Positions 1-7,243 of a stretch of 16,122 nucleotides of DNA are shown here, piece by piece. The stretch lies in IMG/VR virus record IMGVR_UViG_3300029237_000047. One strand, 5' to 3'. The translations under genes and the position numbers were made by a program. The stretch is from a virus. Position 1 is the stretch's first letter. The number at the start of each line of letters is the position of its first letter. Below the pieces are notes generated by a model that saw only the letters and a list, made by a program, of their open reading frames with translations, was not told the origin of the DNA and made no database searches.

Positions 1-148
1 CCCACGTCGACATAAAATAAAACGATATTTAGAACATTTCCCCATTCAGTTTGCGGGGTGAACTAAAAATAGTGAACGCGAATAAAAATATTTCAGAAAT
101 ACGCTTGACATTTCTATAAGCGTGTGCTATTATATAATTACAGAAAGG
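1..148 (+). repeat. Left inverted terminal repeat (ITR-L)
   Basis: Positions 1-148 equal the reverse complement of 15975-16122. Positions 1-56 are identical. Mismatches lie at 57, 59, 60, 74, 78, 96, 118 and 121. Similarity ends after cagaaagg (141-148). Confidence 0.95.
105..133 (+). promoter_or_regulatory. Left-end early promoter inside ITR-L
   Basis: TTGACA (105-110), a 17-nt spacer ending in TGc (125-127), then TATTAT (128-133). This is an extended -10 sigma-A type promoter. The first gene starts at 183. Confidence 0.75.
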
Positions 149-182
149 GAAGAACCCTTAGATAAAAGGAGGAAAAGAAAAA

Positions 183-470
183 ATGATGGAAAGAAATTAT
201 AAATTGATGGTGTCTGTTTTGGATTGTTTTGGTACGAACTATAAAGATTTTGACAAAGTGGTTTTTAACGCTGCCGATGGATATACTATTCATAATGTAA
301 TTGAGGTTGGAAAGTTTTATTTGTCAGTTAATGATGTTGGGGATGTTATTATTTATTCATCCGGGTGCAAGAAGCCTATAATTGAATCGGTAATCTGGTT
401 GCATATTGAATCAGACCAAAAAAAGATAATGCAGATAACCAGAACTTTAGCAAAATTGAATATAATTTAA
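183..470 (+). CDS. Early protein of unknown function (95 aa)
   Basis: ATG is preceded by GGAGGA (168-173). It is the first gene downstream of the ITR-L promoter. I recognise no motif. Confidence 0.7.
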   Translation: MMERNYKLMVSVLDCFGTNYKDFDKVVFNAADGYTIHNVIEVGKFYLSVNDVGDVIIYSSGCKKPIIESVIWLHIESDQKKIMQITRTLAKLNII

Positions 471-483
471 GGAGGTCAAGAAA

Positions 484-684
484 ATGAAAAAGTACGAAAA
501 CCTAGTGAATGAGTTGGCAAACGTTAAAGCATCAATAGAGTATATTAAAGTGTTAAAATGGTTTGACGCAGAGGTATACAAAAACAACAAAGAGGAAATT
601 GAAAAGCAGCTTGAGAAATTAGAAGAGCGCATTGGAGTATTGTTAGGTCTATTAGATAATATAATCAATGAAGAGCCTACATAA
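484..684 (+). CDS. Small coiled-coil early protein (66 aa), paralog of 721-969
   Basis: SD and start read GGAGGTCAAGAAAATG (471-486). The sequence is heptad-like and charged. An ungapped alignment to the next ORF from KYE gives roughly 38 percent identity by eye. Confidence 0.75.
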   Translation: MKKYENLVNELANVKASIEYIKVLKWFDAEVYKNNKEEIEKQLEKLEERIGVLLGLLDNIINEEPT

Positions 685-720
685 AATAGGCTTTTCATTT
701 ATAAGGAGGGCAAGAAAAAA

Positions 721-969
721 ATGTCTGAAAGTCTAGCACAGCGTATTGAACAGGAACAGATCATTGACGCGAAATATGAACAACTGGCTGCTGAATATGC
801 CAGAATCAGCGGGGCAAGGAATTATATGTCAGTGATAAAACAGCGTGATATCGAGATGTATAAAAGCAATAAAGTTCATATTGATAATGAGCTTGAAAGA
901 TTAGATATAGAAAGTGAAAGAATATTAACTGAACTTGAAAACCTAGTAAATGAAAAAGAACCCGTTTAG
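721..969 (+). CDS. Small coiled-coil early protein (82 aa), paralog of 484-684
   Basis: SD is GGAGGGCAAGAAAAAAATG (705-723). It shares KYExL...Y..V.K..D.E.YK.NK..I...LE.L...L.N..NE.EP with the 66-aa ORF. The stop codon lies in the loop of the terminator hairpin. Confidence 0.75.
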   Translation: MSESLAQRIEQEQIIDAKYEQLAAEYARISGARNYMSVIKQRDIEMYKSNKVHIDNELERLDIESERILTELENLVNEKEPV

Positions 970-981
970 AACGGGTTCTTT
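955..981. terminator. Bidirectional intrinsic terminator between convergent left-early and late units
   Basis: An 11-bp stem, AAAGAACCCGT (955-965) with ACGGGTTCTTT (971-981), and a 5-nt loop. On the minus strand it is followed by TTTTCATTT. It sits between the stop at 969 (+) and the stop at 993 (-). Confidence 0.8.
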
Positions 982-992
982 AATTTTATACC

Positions 993-1763
993 TTACTCTT
1001 TTTTCAGCATCCCTTTCGCAAGCAGCACCACCAATTCCGTATTCTGCTCTGCCGTCCCGGTATACTCTGTAATCCCATTCGCCCCTGCAATTTCTTTCCG
1101 GTGCGCAAAACTGCTATCAATTCCGACCGTGTTTAACGCAGCTACCAGACCAATACCCGGATAGAATTTTTCCGATTTTATCTTTTTTGACATGTCAAAA
1201 TTTTTACCTCCGATCTTACCGCTGCTAGTATACTGCCATAACGCAGCACTTTTAGTATACTCGTCCTCTTTTGAGGTATATCTTGCATACCACAAAGGGA
1301 AATCTTTTAATTTACTATGCAACAAGTTGTTTAACAGATAATCCCGGTTAGCATAGTACCCGCACTTATACCCGTAAAAGTTCATCGTCTGGCAAAAGTT
1401 TGCAATCAGTGTACTTCTGGAAATGCGCGTCAATGTGTTCTTGTCATACCTAGACAGTTTTTCTTCTGTATCATATTCGAAGTCACACCATACACCCAGA
1501 TTGATTTTATCTTTGTACGGACGGATAGTTTGCTCAAACTTGATACAATTCGCGGCGATCGTCCTGCCGGAATGAATATACACAAACCAGTAAAACCCCA
1601 GATCAAGTCCACGCTTTACAACCTCAGATGCAAAGTATTTCATCCGTTCATCTTCTGTCACTCCGCTGCCCGCGCGAACAATTACACCTGTGACACCTGC
1701 TTTTATGACGGCATCCCAGTCAACCGGATAATTCCATTTTGAAACGTCGATGATCTTACACAT
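993..1763 (-). CDS. Endolysin, GH25 muramidase with a C-terminal putative wall-binding module
   Basis: The N-terminus IIDVSKWNYPVDWDAV...GVIVRAG...GFYWF is the GH25 (Lyz2-type) pattern. A module of about 55 aa at the C-terminus (GIDSSFAHRKEIAGANGITEYTGTAEQNTELVVLL) resembles binding modules appended to Firmicute phage lysins. It is the last gene of the lysis cassette. Confidence 0.85.
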   Translation of the reverse strand: MCKIIDVSKWNYPVDWDAVIKAGVTGVIVRAGSGVTEDERMKYFASEVVKRGLDLGFYWFVYIHSGRTIAANCIKFEQTIRPYKDKINLGVWCDFEYDTEEKLSRYDKNTLTRISRSTLIANFCQTMNFYGYKCGYYANRDYLLNNLLHSKLKDFPLWYARYTSKEDEYTKSAALWQYTSSGKIGGKNFDMSKKIKSEKFYPGIGLVAALNTVGIDSSFAHRKEIAGANGITEYTGTAEQNTELVVLLAKGMLKKE

Positions 1764-1971
1764 TGTCTGCTCTCCTTTCCAGATCTTTTACCCTGTTTGA
1801 CATATCGTTTACTTTTGTTTCAATTACGATCAGTCTGTCGTCCATACCCGAGTGCCTATCCATTCTCTTCTCTAAAGCGTCTAAACGGTATTTTATTAAC
1901 GAATTATTCATAATTGCCACAAGTAACGCAGATGCCAAACTACAACTAGCCGTTATAATAGATTCAACCAT
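1756..1971 (-). CDS. Membrane-anchored coiled-coil protein of the lysis cassette (71 aa), holin partner or regulator candidate
   Basis: An N-terminal hydrophobic span (IITASCSLASALLVAIM) is followed by a charged helix (LDALEKRMDRH...VKDLERRAD). SD is AAGAGGA. The stop overlaps the endolysin start by 8 nt. It lies between the holin and the endolysin. Confidence 0.6.
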   Translation of the reverse strand: MVESIITASCSLASALLVAIMNNSLIKYRLDALEKRMDRHSGMDDRLIVIETKVNDMSNRVKDLERRADNV

Positions 1972-1973
1972 GG

Positions 1974-2234
1974 CTAGTCCTCTTTTGTAAGCTGTTTTGG
2001 AATCTGATTGATACCAACCGCGGACAACCCACTGGCAATGGAAATTGCAACAGCATCCAGCACGTTAGTAGCTCCAATATCAATTCCGGTCACAATCGCT
2101 ACAACTCCACAAACGCAGCCAATTAAAACAGACAAAACAGGCAGCCAGTTGTCTTTTACAAGCTGTGTACGTTTGGCAACCTCTACCGAACCATAACAAA
2201 TAACTGTGATAGATAAATATGGAATAACTGTCAT
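1974..2234 (-). CDS. Holin (86 aa, 2-3 transmembrane segments)
   Basis: Hydrophobic segments are WLPVLSVLIGCVCGVVAIVTGI and VLDAVAISIASGLSAVGI, with a charged C-terminus KQLTKED. SD is AAGGAGG. There is an ATGA overlap with the upstream gene. It sits next to the endolysin. Confidence 0.8.
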   Translation of the reverse strand: MTVIPYLSITVICYGSVEVAKRTQLVKDNWLPVLSVLIGCVCGVVAIVTGIDIGATNVLDAVAISIASGLSAVGINQIPKQLTKED

Positions 2235-3013
2235 AATTTTGTACCTCCTTGTAGTAATTTATATACGTTTTCTGATAATTTTATATACGTGCTATCATTA
2301 ACACGTAAGAAAACCCCGTCAAGCTGCTTTGGTGTTTTGTTAAATAAAATAGGACTGATAAGCCTATCTCCGTTTGACGGTAAAAACATTTCCTGCACCT
2401 TGAATAAATATGGAGGTGCTTCCGGCACGATCGGCGGGCCAGGGTCGGGCGGTTCCGGCGGGTCAGGTGGAGGGTCAGGTTTCGGGTCTATGTCCTCCCC
2501 GTTATACAGCTTTTGCCAAAAATACCATCCCATTTCCCCTCTGTTTGGCTGGTTGAGATTTTTAGGGCGCTCATAGTTCCGCAAAAACATGTCGGCTAAC
2601 ATTTTTATCATTGCTTCCACGCTTTCGCCCGTCTGCCATTGCGTAAACTCGTAAAAGCTGTAAGGATATTTCGAAGTCGCAGCCCATTGTTTTTTGTTTG
2701 CAACCTCCCACTTTATACGCTCTAACTGTCCTGTCCCGCTGTCGTGTGGGTATCCGTTTGCATCCATCCAGCTAAAAAGCTTTGTTGCGGGTGTCCACTG
2801 CACAAGCCCAAAACCTAAGTCGGTATTCCCGGCATCCAGATTTTGCCATATTCCCGGGTTGACATGCGATTCCGTCCACATATTCCCCAGCATAGCACAA
2901 ACTGCGTATGATGTCCATCTGCCTGTTACGGTGCTGCCCGCAAGGTAGTCATAGACCTCGCGGGCATTCTCCAACGCTTCGGCAAGCGTTATCCACCTGT
3001 TGCCACTTATCAT
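2231..3013 (-). CDS. Tail-associated peptidoglycan hydrolase (phage tail lysozyme domain, Pro-rich linker, small C-terminal domain)
   Basis: The motif MLGNMWTESHVNPGIWQ...GFGLVQWT matches the phage tail lysozyme family pattern (GN..ES..NP ... G.GL.QWT). The linker is PKPDPPPDPPEPPDPGPPIVPEAPP. Its position corresponds to phi29 gp13. Confidence 0.75.
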   Translation of the reverse strand: MISGNRWITLAEALENAREVYDYLAGSTVTGRWTSYAVCAMLGNMWTESHVNPGIWQNLDAGNTDLGFGLVQWTPATKLFSWMDANGYPHDSGTGQLERIKWEVANKKQWAATSKYPYSFYEFTQWQTGESVEAMIKMLADMFLRNYERPKNLNQPNRGEMGWYFWQKLYNGEDIDPKPDPPPDPPEPPDPGPPIVPEAPPYLFKVQEMFLPSNGDRLISPILFNKTPKQLDGVFLRVNDSTYIKLSENVYKLLQGGTKL

Positions 3014-3765
3014 GCGTTTATACGATAAGTAAGAGCCACCTCAGCCGTACTCCATCCCTCAGCACTATTAGGACGGCCAATACCAATACGCTCATCTTTG
3101 AAGTCACTCTCCGTATAAGTTACTGACGCAGAACCCTGTTGAATTGTAGCGCTACGTGTTAAACCTTGCACATTGACAGTTCCAAAAACGTTTGACACAA
3201 CCATTTTTATCAAAGTCATGTTATCAAGATTTTTATAAAAAAATGTGGCTGTTCCGGTGTTTGGTCTAGATGCTCCGACCGCTATAACTTTAAACACAAC
3301 CTCAGTAGCTGGTTTCGGCGCGCTTTCCAGTGCCGTCACTCTTCGATCAAGCTCTGCGATCGTCGTTTTGTTCCCATCCGCCGTCTGCTTTGCTTTTGTC
3401 GCGTTCGCACTAGCCGCATTCGCAGCGTTTACAACATCGGTTGCCGCCGTCTGTGCGGCGGTTGCTTTCTGCTCTGCTCTGTTCGCAGCTTCCTGTGCTG
3501 CTGTCACGTCTCCGGTCATGCCGTCCGCAGTTTCTTTCAGCTGCGCCACCTGTTTTTTGACATCCTCGTGAACGGCTTTCAGATCTGCCTGAGCGCTCTT
3601 TACAGTTTCCACATCATTAACTGCTTCCTCAGCTGTCTGACTAGCAGTAAATAAAGCACCGTCAATGATCTTCATATCGTTATTATAGTCGCCCAGAAAA
3701 GTTGGCTTGTCTGTCCCGATAAACTCGGATAATTTAAAATTGGTTGTTTTGTTTGTGCTACTCAT
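3010..3765 (-). CDS. Tail fiber or receptor-binding protein (N-anchor, Ala-rich coiled coil, C-terminal beta knob), 251 aa
   Basis: The N-terminal motif is FLGDYNNDMKIIDGAL. A long A/Q/T-rich helical stretch ends at RRVTALESA, followed by about 100 aa of beta-type sequence. SD is AAAGGAGG. Confidence 0.6.
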   Translation of the reverse strand: MSSTNKTTNFKLSEFIGTDKPTFLGDYNNDMKIIDGALFTASQTAEEAVNDVETVKSAQADLKAVHEDVKKQVAQLKETADGMTGDVTAAQEAANRAEQKATAAQTAATDVVNAANAASANATKAKQTADGNKTTIAELDRRVTALESAPKPATEVVFKVIAVGASRPNTGTATFFYKNLDNMTLIKMVVSNVFGTVNVQGLTRSATIQQGSASVTYTESDFKDERIGIGRPNSAEGWSTAEVALTYRINA

Positions 3766-3778
3766 GGTTTACCTCCTT

Positions 3779-4225
3779 TTAAGCGTTTTCTAACGCAGAA
3801 ATTCTTTCCTGCAATGTTGTGATCTTTCCAGCGTTTTCACTGTTTGCATCGTTCGCAATTTTAACTGCTTCCTGTGCTGCGGTTACAAGGTCTTTAGAAT
3901 TGTCAATATCTGTGACCGCTTTTTCTGCTTTTGTTTCTGCACCGCTGGCAACCTGTGTTAAAACATTCAGTGCGGGCATTACAGCCAGTAATTTACCCTG
4001 CGATAACGTGATAGTATTTTTTAATGTTTCATTTTCTTCAGTCATTTTCGTGATCTCTGTCTGGACTGTTGTCATTTCATTTTTTACACCGGATGTTTTA
4101 CCTTTCAGCGATTGCAAGGCTGCATCAATCTTTTTGTTGTTTTCGTTCCAATCTCCCATGATGTCAACAGCATCTTTTTTCTGATACATTCCGAAATTGA
4201 AATACCTTGTGTGACGTGTAAACAT
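3779..4225 (-). CDS. Fiber-like coiled-coil protein lacking the distal knob (148 aa), paralog of 3010-3765
   Basis: It shares the N-anchor motif (IMGDWNENNKKIDAAL) and ends at ERISALENA. That is exactly where the paralog (RRVTALESA) continues into its knob. SD is AAGGAGG. Confidence 0.6.
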   Translation of the reverse strand: MFTRHTRYFNFGMYQKKDAVDIMGDWNENNKKIDAALQSLKGKTSGVKNEMTTVQTEITKMTEENETLKNTITLSQGKLLAVMPALNVLTQVASGAETKAEKAVTDIDNSKDLVTAAQEAVKIANDANSENAGKITTLQERISALENA

Positions 4226-5560
4226 TTATTGCACCTCCTTTTTAACTGGTAACTCCTTTAGTAAAGCGTTTTCGCAACATAAAACACCTCTAATTGATGC
4301 AAAAGCAAAATTATCAAAAGAAGATGTCTCTCCGGGTGCGGTTAAACCGTAAACATAAAAACGGAACTGAATAACTGTTGGCAATCCGTTTTTATATTTA
4401 TTTTCCGATTGATAATAATAAACACCGTTACTACTGTTTGTCTCTATGCACAGCCACGCGCGCCACACATTATCATTAGTGATTTCTACGTTGAATCCAA
4501 CTATTGCCGTCCACGTATATGGGTATGTTTCAGCTGTTGGCTTTTCTGGTGGTGTTATACTCGTTACGCATTTTTTAATAAACCCATGCGCACTTCTTCC
4601 AACCGTCCGTACACCTAAACCATTCCCCACATTATAGGTATCGTAGAAAGTCGCGTTTTCGGTATCCCACCACAACGCATCCTTATTTTTTGCTTTGATC
4701 GCCTGACAAGTTTCCGCCATAACCGTGTCAAATTCCTGCGCTGTTAGATGTAGTTCAGCGTCAACCTGCATTACCTCGTCCAATGCTCTGGCATGTGAAA
4801 TCAGATCGCCACTTTCGGGGCTGTTCACACTTGCATCAAAAGCCCCATACATTTTGCAATAGCTTTCAGCATCGAACGCACCAGCACGGATATATAATGC
4901 CTTGAAATCTTCGCAGTCCTTGTCAAAAGCTGAAAACCACGCGTCAAATTGCCCGCAAGTAATTGCCCGCACTCTTAAAACATCGTACACATTATTTACA
5001 GTGTTTCCAACCCTGTCTCTGTATCCGGTTGTCGGGTCGAATATCCGGAAACCATCTTCATTTACTTCATCAATTTCCAGCCGCAGCTTTTCCAGCTGTT
5101 CTTCTACCCACTCTTTCAGACGCTCAACTGCAAAGTCTGTGTACTGTTCCAGATAGGCTTTTGTCTCGTCAATTTTACCATTCAGCTGCGCAACATCTTT
5201 TTCATGTGTAAGCTTGACATCATCAATATATGCCCGCAAGTCTGCGATCAATGTTTCAAGCCGTTTCACGTCTTTTGTATGTTCTGTCCAGTAATAAACG
5301 TCTTGAGTGTCAATGTAGGCGCGTAATGTTTCCACAGTCTTATCGAGAGTTTTCAAAAGCTCCGCTTTTAACTCTGCCACTTTTGTGTCTGTATAGTTTT
5401 GATAATTCGTTTCTAAGTCCGTTAAAAACTGGATGATCTGATTGATGTTATAAGCAATCTTCTGCATCATTTCCAATTGGCTGATTGACGCATCCCATTC
5501 AGACGGCAAGGACAAATAAGCATTATTAAAGCATAGCTTTTCCGGCAACTTTTTATCCAT
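4226..5560 (-). CDS. Tail appendage or receptor-binding protein candidate (444 aa)
   Basis: It occupies the phi29 gp12 position after the collar genes. It has an N-terminal coiled coil, five A/x-F-D repeats (GQFDAW, SAFDKD, GAFDAE, GAFDAS, AQEFDT) and a beta-rich C-terminus. SD is AAAGGAGG. Confidence 0.5.
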   Translation of the reverse strand: MDKKLPEKLCFNNAYLSLPSEWDASISQLEMMQKIAYNINQIIQFLTDLETNYQNYTDTKVAELKAELLKTLDKTVETLRAYIDTQDVYYWTEHTKDVKRLETLIADLRAYIDDVKLTHEKDVAQLNGKIDETKAYLEQYTDFAVERLKEWVEEQLEKLRLEIDEVNEDGFRIFDPTTGYRDRVGNTVNNVYDVLRVRAITCGQFDAWFSAFDKDCEDFKALYIRAGAFDAESYCKMYGAFDASVNSPESGDLISHARALDEVMQVDAELHLTAQEFDTVMAETCQAIKAKNKDALWWDTENATFYDTYNVGNGLGVRTVGRSAHGFIKKCVTSITPPEKPTAETYPYTWTAIVGFNVEITNDNVWRAWLCIETNSSNGVYYYQSENKYKNGLPTVIQFRFYVYGLTAPGETSSFDNFAFASIRGVLCCENALLKELPVKKEVQ

Positions 5561-5572
5561 CTTTTACCTCCT

Positions 5573-6262
5573 TTAATAGATTTTTAAGAAAAGAGTGCGG
5601 GAAACTGTGTCCGAGAATTGCCCAACTACATCCATAAGCGTCTCCCGGTATTTTAAAATCAATTCCGCCTGCGGAACGTTGTATCCGCTTTCCTTATAAT
5701 TTTCTTCGTACACCTCTTTTCCGTTTGAAGATGTCGTTCCGTTCCCGCTCCCCTGATCTACTGTAATTGTAGTTGCATAATCCGCGTTTGTCAAGCTGTT
5801 TTCCGGTGTATCATCAAAAATATTTTTGTTGTTGCTTTCGCTTGTGCTTTTCCCACTTGCGGCTGTTTCTCTGTCGCCTGCGCGTGTGCTTTCCCGGCTG
5901 TAGCTCTTTAGTTTGTCCAGCTCCAATAAACTCGTTTCATAAAGTTTATTGTACACGGGCAGCCAGCGCGACACGTTCTGATTAAATTTCAGAATAAAAT
6001 ATTCCGTTGTTTCGTATTCAATTTCCCGCATCATATTGTCAACGCAAAACTGTTGGAAAAAAGCGTTTTTAAATTCTTCATTGAAAAAATTGTTTGTGTT
6101 ATACAGCATTTTAGACCGCGCTTTTTCGATTCTTTCCATAACGCTCATTTCATCTTCCAACCGGATAAACGCATATCGTTTTTCTTCCTCTGGATGCAGC
6201 GGGTTATTGTCCTGCGAATAATGATATATTATATTGCGTAGTGTTGTAGTGTGGTCACTCAT
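5573..6262 (-). CDS. Lower collar protein candidate (229 aa)
   Basis: It lies immediately downstream of the portal gene with an 8-nt overlap, the position of phi29 gp11. I recognise no sequence motif. Confidence 0.5.
   Translation of the reverse strand: MSDHTTTLRNIIYHYSQDNNPLHPEEEKRYAFIRLEDEMSVMERIEKARSKMLYNTNNFFNEEFKNAFFQQFCVDNMMREIEYETTEYFILKFNQNVSRWLPVYNKLYETSLLELDKLKSYSRESTRAGDRETAASGKSTSESNNKNIFDDTPENSLTNADYATTITVDQGSGNGTTSSNGKEVYEENYKESGYNVPQAELILKYRETLMDVVGQFSDTVSRTLFLKIY
5766..5794 (-). promoter_or_regulatory. Possible internal promoter within the lower-collar gene
   Basis: On the minus strand: TTGACA (5794-5789), 17 nt, then TACAAT (5771-5766). It lies about 200 nt upstream of the appendage gene start. 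It could be a chance match in AT-rich DNA. Confidence 0.25.
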
Positions 6263-7226
6263 TTTCGATAGTCACCTCCGGTTCATCCGTAATTTCGGCG
6301 CTGCCTTTTGAATCCGTGCTATCAATTCCTGCGATTTCCTGCGTACCCAGACTTAAACGGTTACAATTAGGATTAAAGTCTACACGGATTCCAGATAAAT
6401 CTGGGAATAGTCTTTTAATTTTCTTTATTGCTTCTCTACGCATAAACAACCCGCCGTCCCGCAGTGCAAGAATATGTTCTTCGTTGGCTTCCGCTTCGGA
6501 TTCCACCAGACGTTCCTTTTTGTAAATGTTAAGGTTGTTATAACCTAAACGCGTTAAAAACTCAGACCATATGCAGTTTTTTTCTTTTTCCAGCTGTTCA
6601 AGGATGCACGGAACGGAAAGGTCAAGAACCCCTTTTGTGTCCGTAGAAAAACCGTCTGTATCATCTACAAGAACAAACGGTTTCCCGTCCTCTGCTTCAT
6701 TGATTGCACGTTTCGCACTGTTTACGTTGTCCTTGTTTACAAATACTCCTTTCGGTTTCAGCTGCAATCGCGTGTTCACGTCTTTTGCCTTTTCAATCAT
6801 TGTAAACTTTTTAGCAAAGTAATAAATTTCCGGCATGAACGGTCGGAAAGTCTGATCGTTAAAAATAATAGCGCTGTCTTTTTCGGTCGCTTTGTGATGG
6901 TATCCGCTGGCTGTGTTGATATAGCGGGTTGTCGGTATGTTATAAATGTTAAAGCTGCCCGCTTTTGCACAAGGTAAACACAGATACCCCATAACATCAT
7001 CCTTAAAAAAGCAAACTGAGCCGTTAAAAATTAAAGCCTGTTCCAATGCGCGGGCGCTGACCGTATCTGGAAGTCCTGTCCATGTGTAACGATTGATTGC
7101 CAATAAATACAGCTGGCATACGAAATGATCGAACGTTATACCCTCATCGAATTTTCGAACGATCTTCCCATCATATCCGATTCCGCACAAGCCCAGCGGG
7201 TCGGATGAAAAACCTGTTCTTCCCAT
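6255..7226 (-). CDS. Portal / upper collar connector (phi29 gp10-like), 323 aa
   Basis: Patterns W.GLPDT....ALEQAL...GSV.FFKD and KKERLVESE..ANEE match my recollection of phi29 gp10 (WENLPPT...LEKSI..FGYVGFYKD; KKERMVTDEVSSNDE). Size and synteny agree. The C-terminus is acidic. Confidence 0.8.
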   Translation of the reverse strand: MGRTGFSSDPLGLCGIGYDGKIVRKFDEGITFDHFVCQLYLLAINRYTWTGLPDTVSARALEQALIFNGSVCFFKDDVMGYLCLPCAKAGSFNIYNIPTTRYINTASGYHHKATEKDSAIIFNDQTFRPFMPEIYYFAKKFTMIEKAKDVNTRLQLKPKGVFVNKDNVNSAKRAINEAEDGKPFVLVDDTDGFSTDTKGVLDLSVPCILEQLEKEKNCIWSEFLTRLGYNNLNIYKKERLVESEAEANEEHILALRDGGLFMRREAIKKIKRLFPDLSGIRVDFNPNCNRLSLGTQEIAGIDSTDSKGSAEITDEPEVTIENE

Positions 7227-7243
7227 TTTTTTCTTCCTCCTTT

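Noticed and set aside
1-148. ITRs interpreted as transposon or IS ends
   Set aside because: No transposase is present. The content between the repeats is a full phage gene set with a protein-primed polymerase, and long ITRs are the replication origins of that class.
673-700. Weak hairpin AGCCT-N9-AGGCT followed by TTTCATTT, considered as a terminator between the two paralogous early genes
   Set aside because: The stem is only 5 bp with a 9-nt loop, and it is followed immediately by the SD of the next co-oriented gene. At best it is a minor attenuator.
2411-2485. GC-rich, repetitive-looking DNA (ggcgggccagggtcgggcggttccggcgggtcaggtggagggtcagg) as a tandem repeat or CRISPR-like element
   Set aside because: It is the in-frame coding sequence of a PDPPPDPPEPPDPGPP interdomain linker. 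It has no unit-length periodicity beyond codons and no spacers.
3245-3571. Plus-strand ORFs antisense to the late genes. Examples are 3245-3571 (Ala/Ser/Cys-rich), 2289-2576 (Gly/Ser-rich), 3819-4184 and 9984-10298.
   Set aside because: These are shadow ORFs of strongly supported minus-strand genes. Their low-complexity composition mirrors the coiled-coil or Pro-rich codons opposite. They have no SD sequences and no promoter on that strand.
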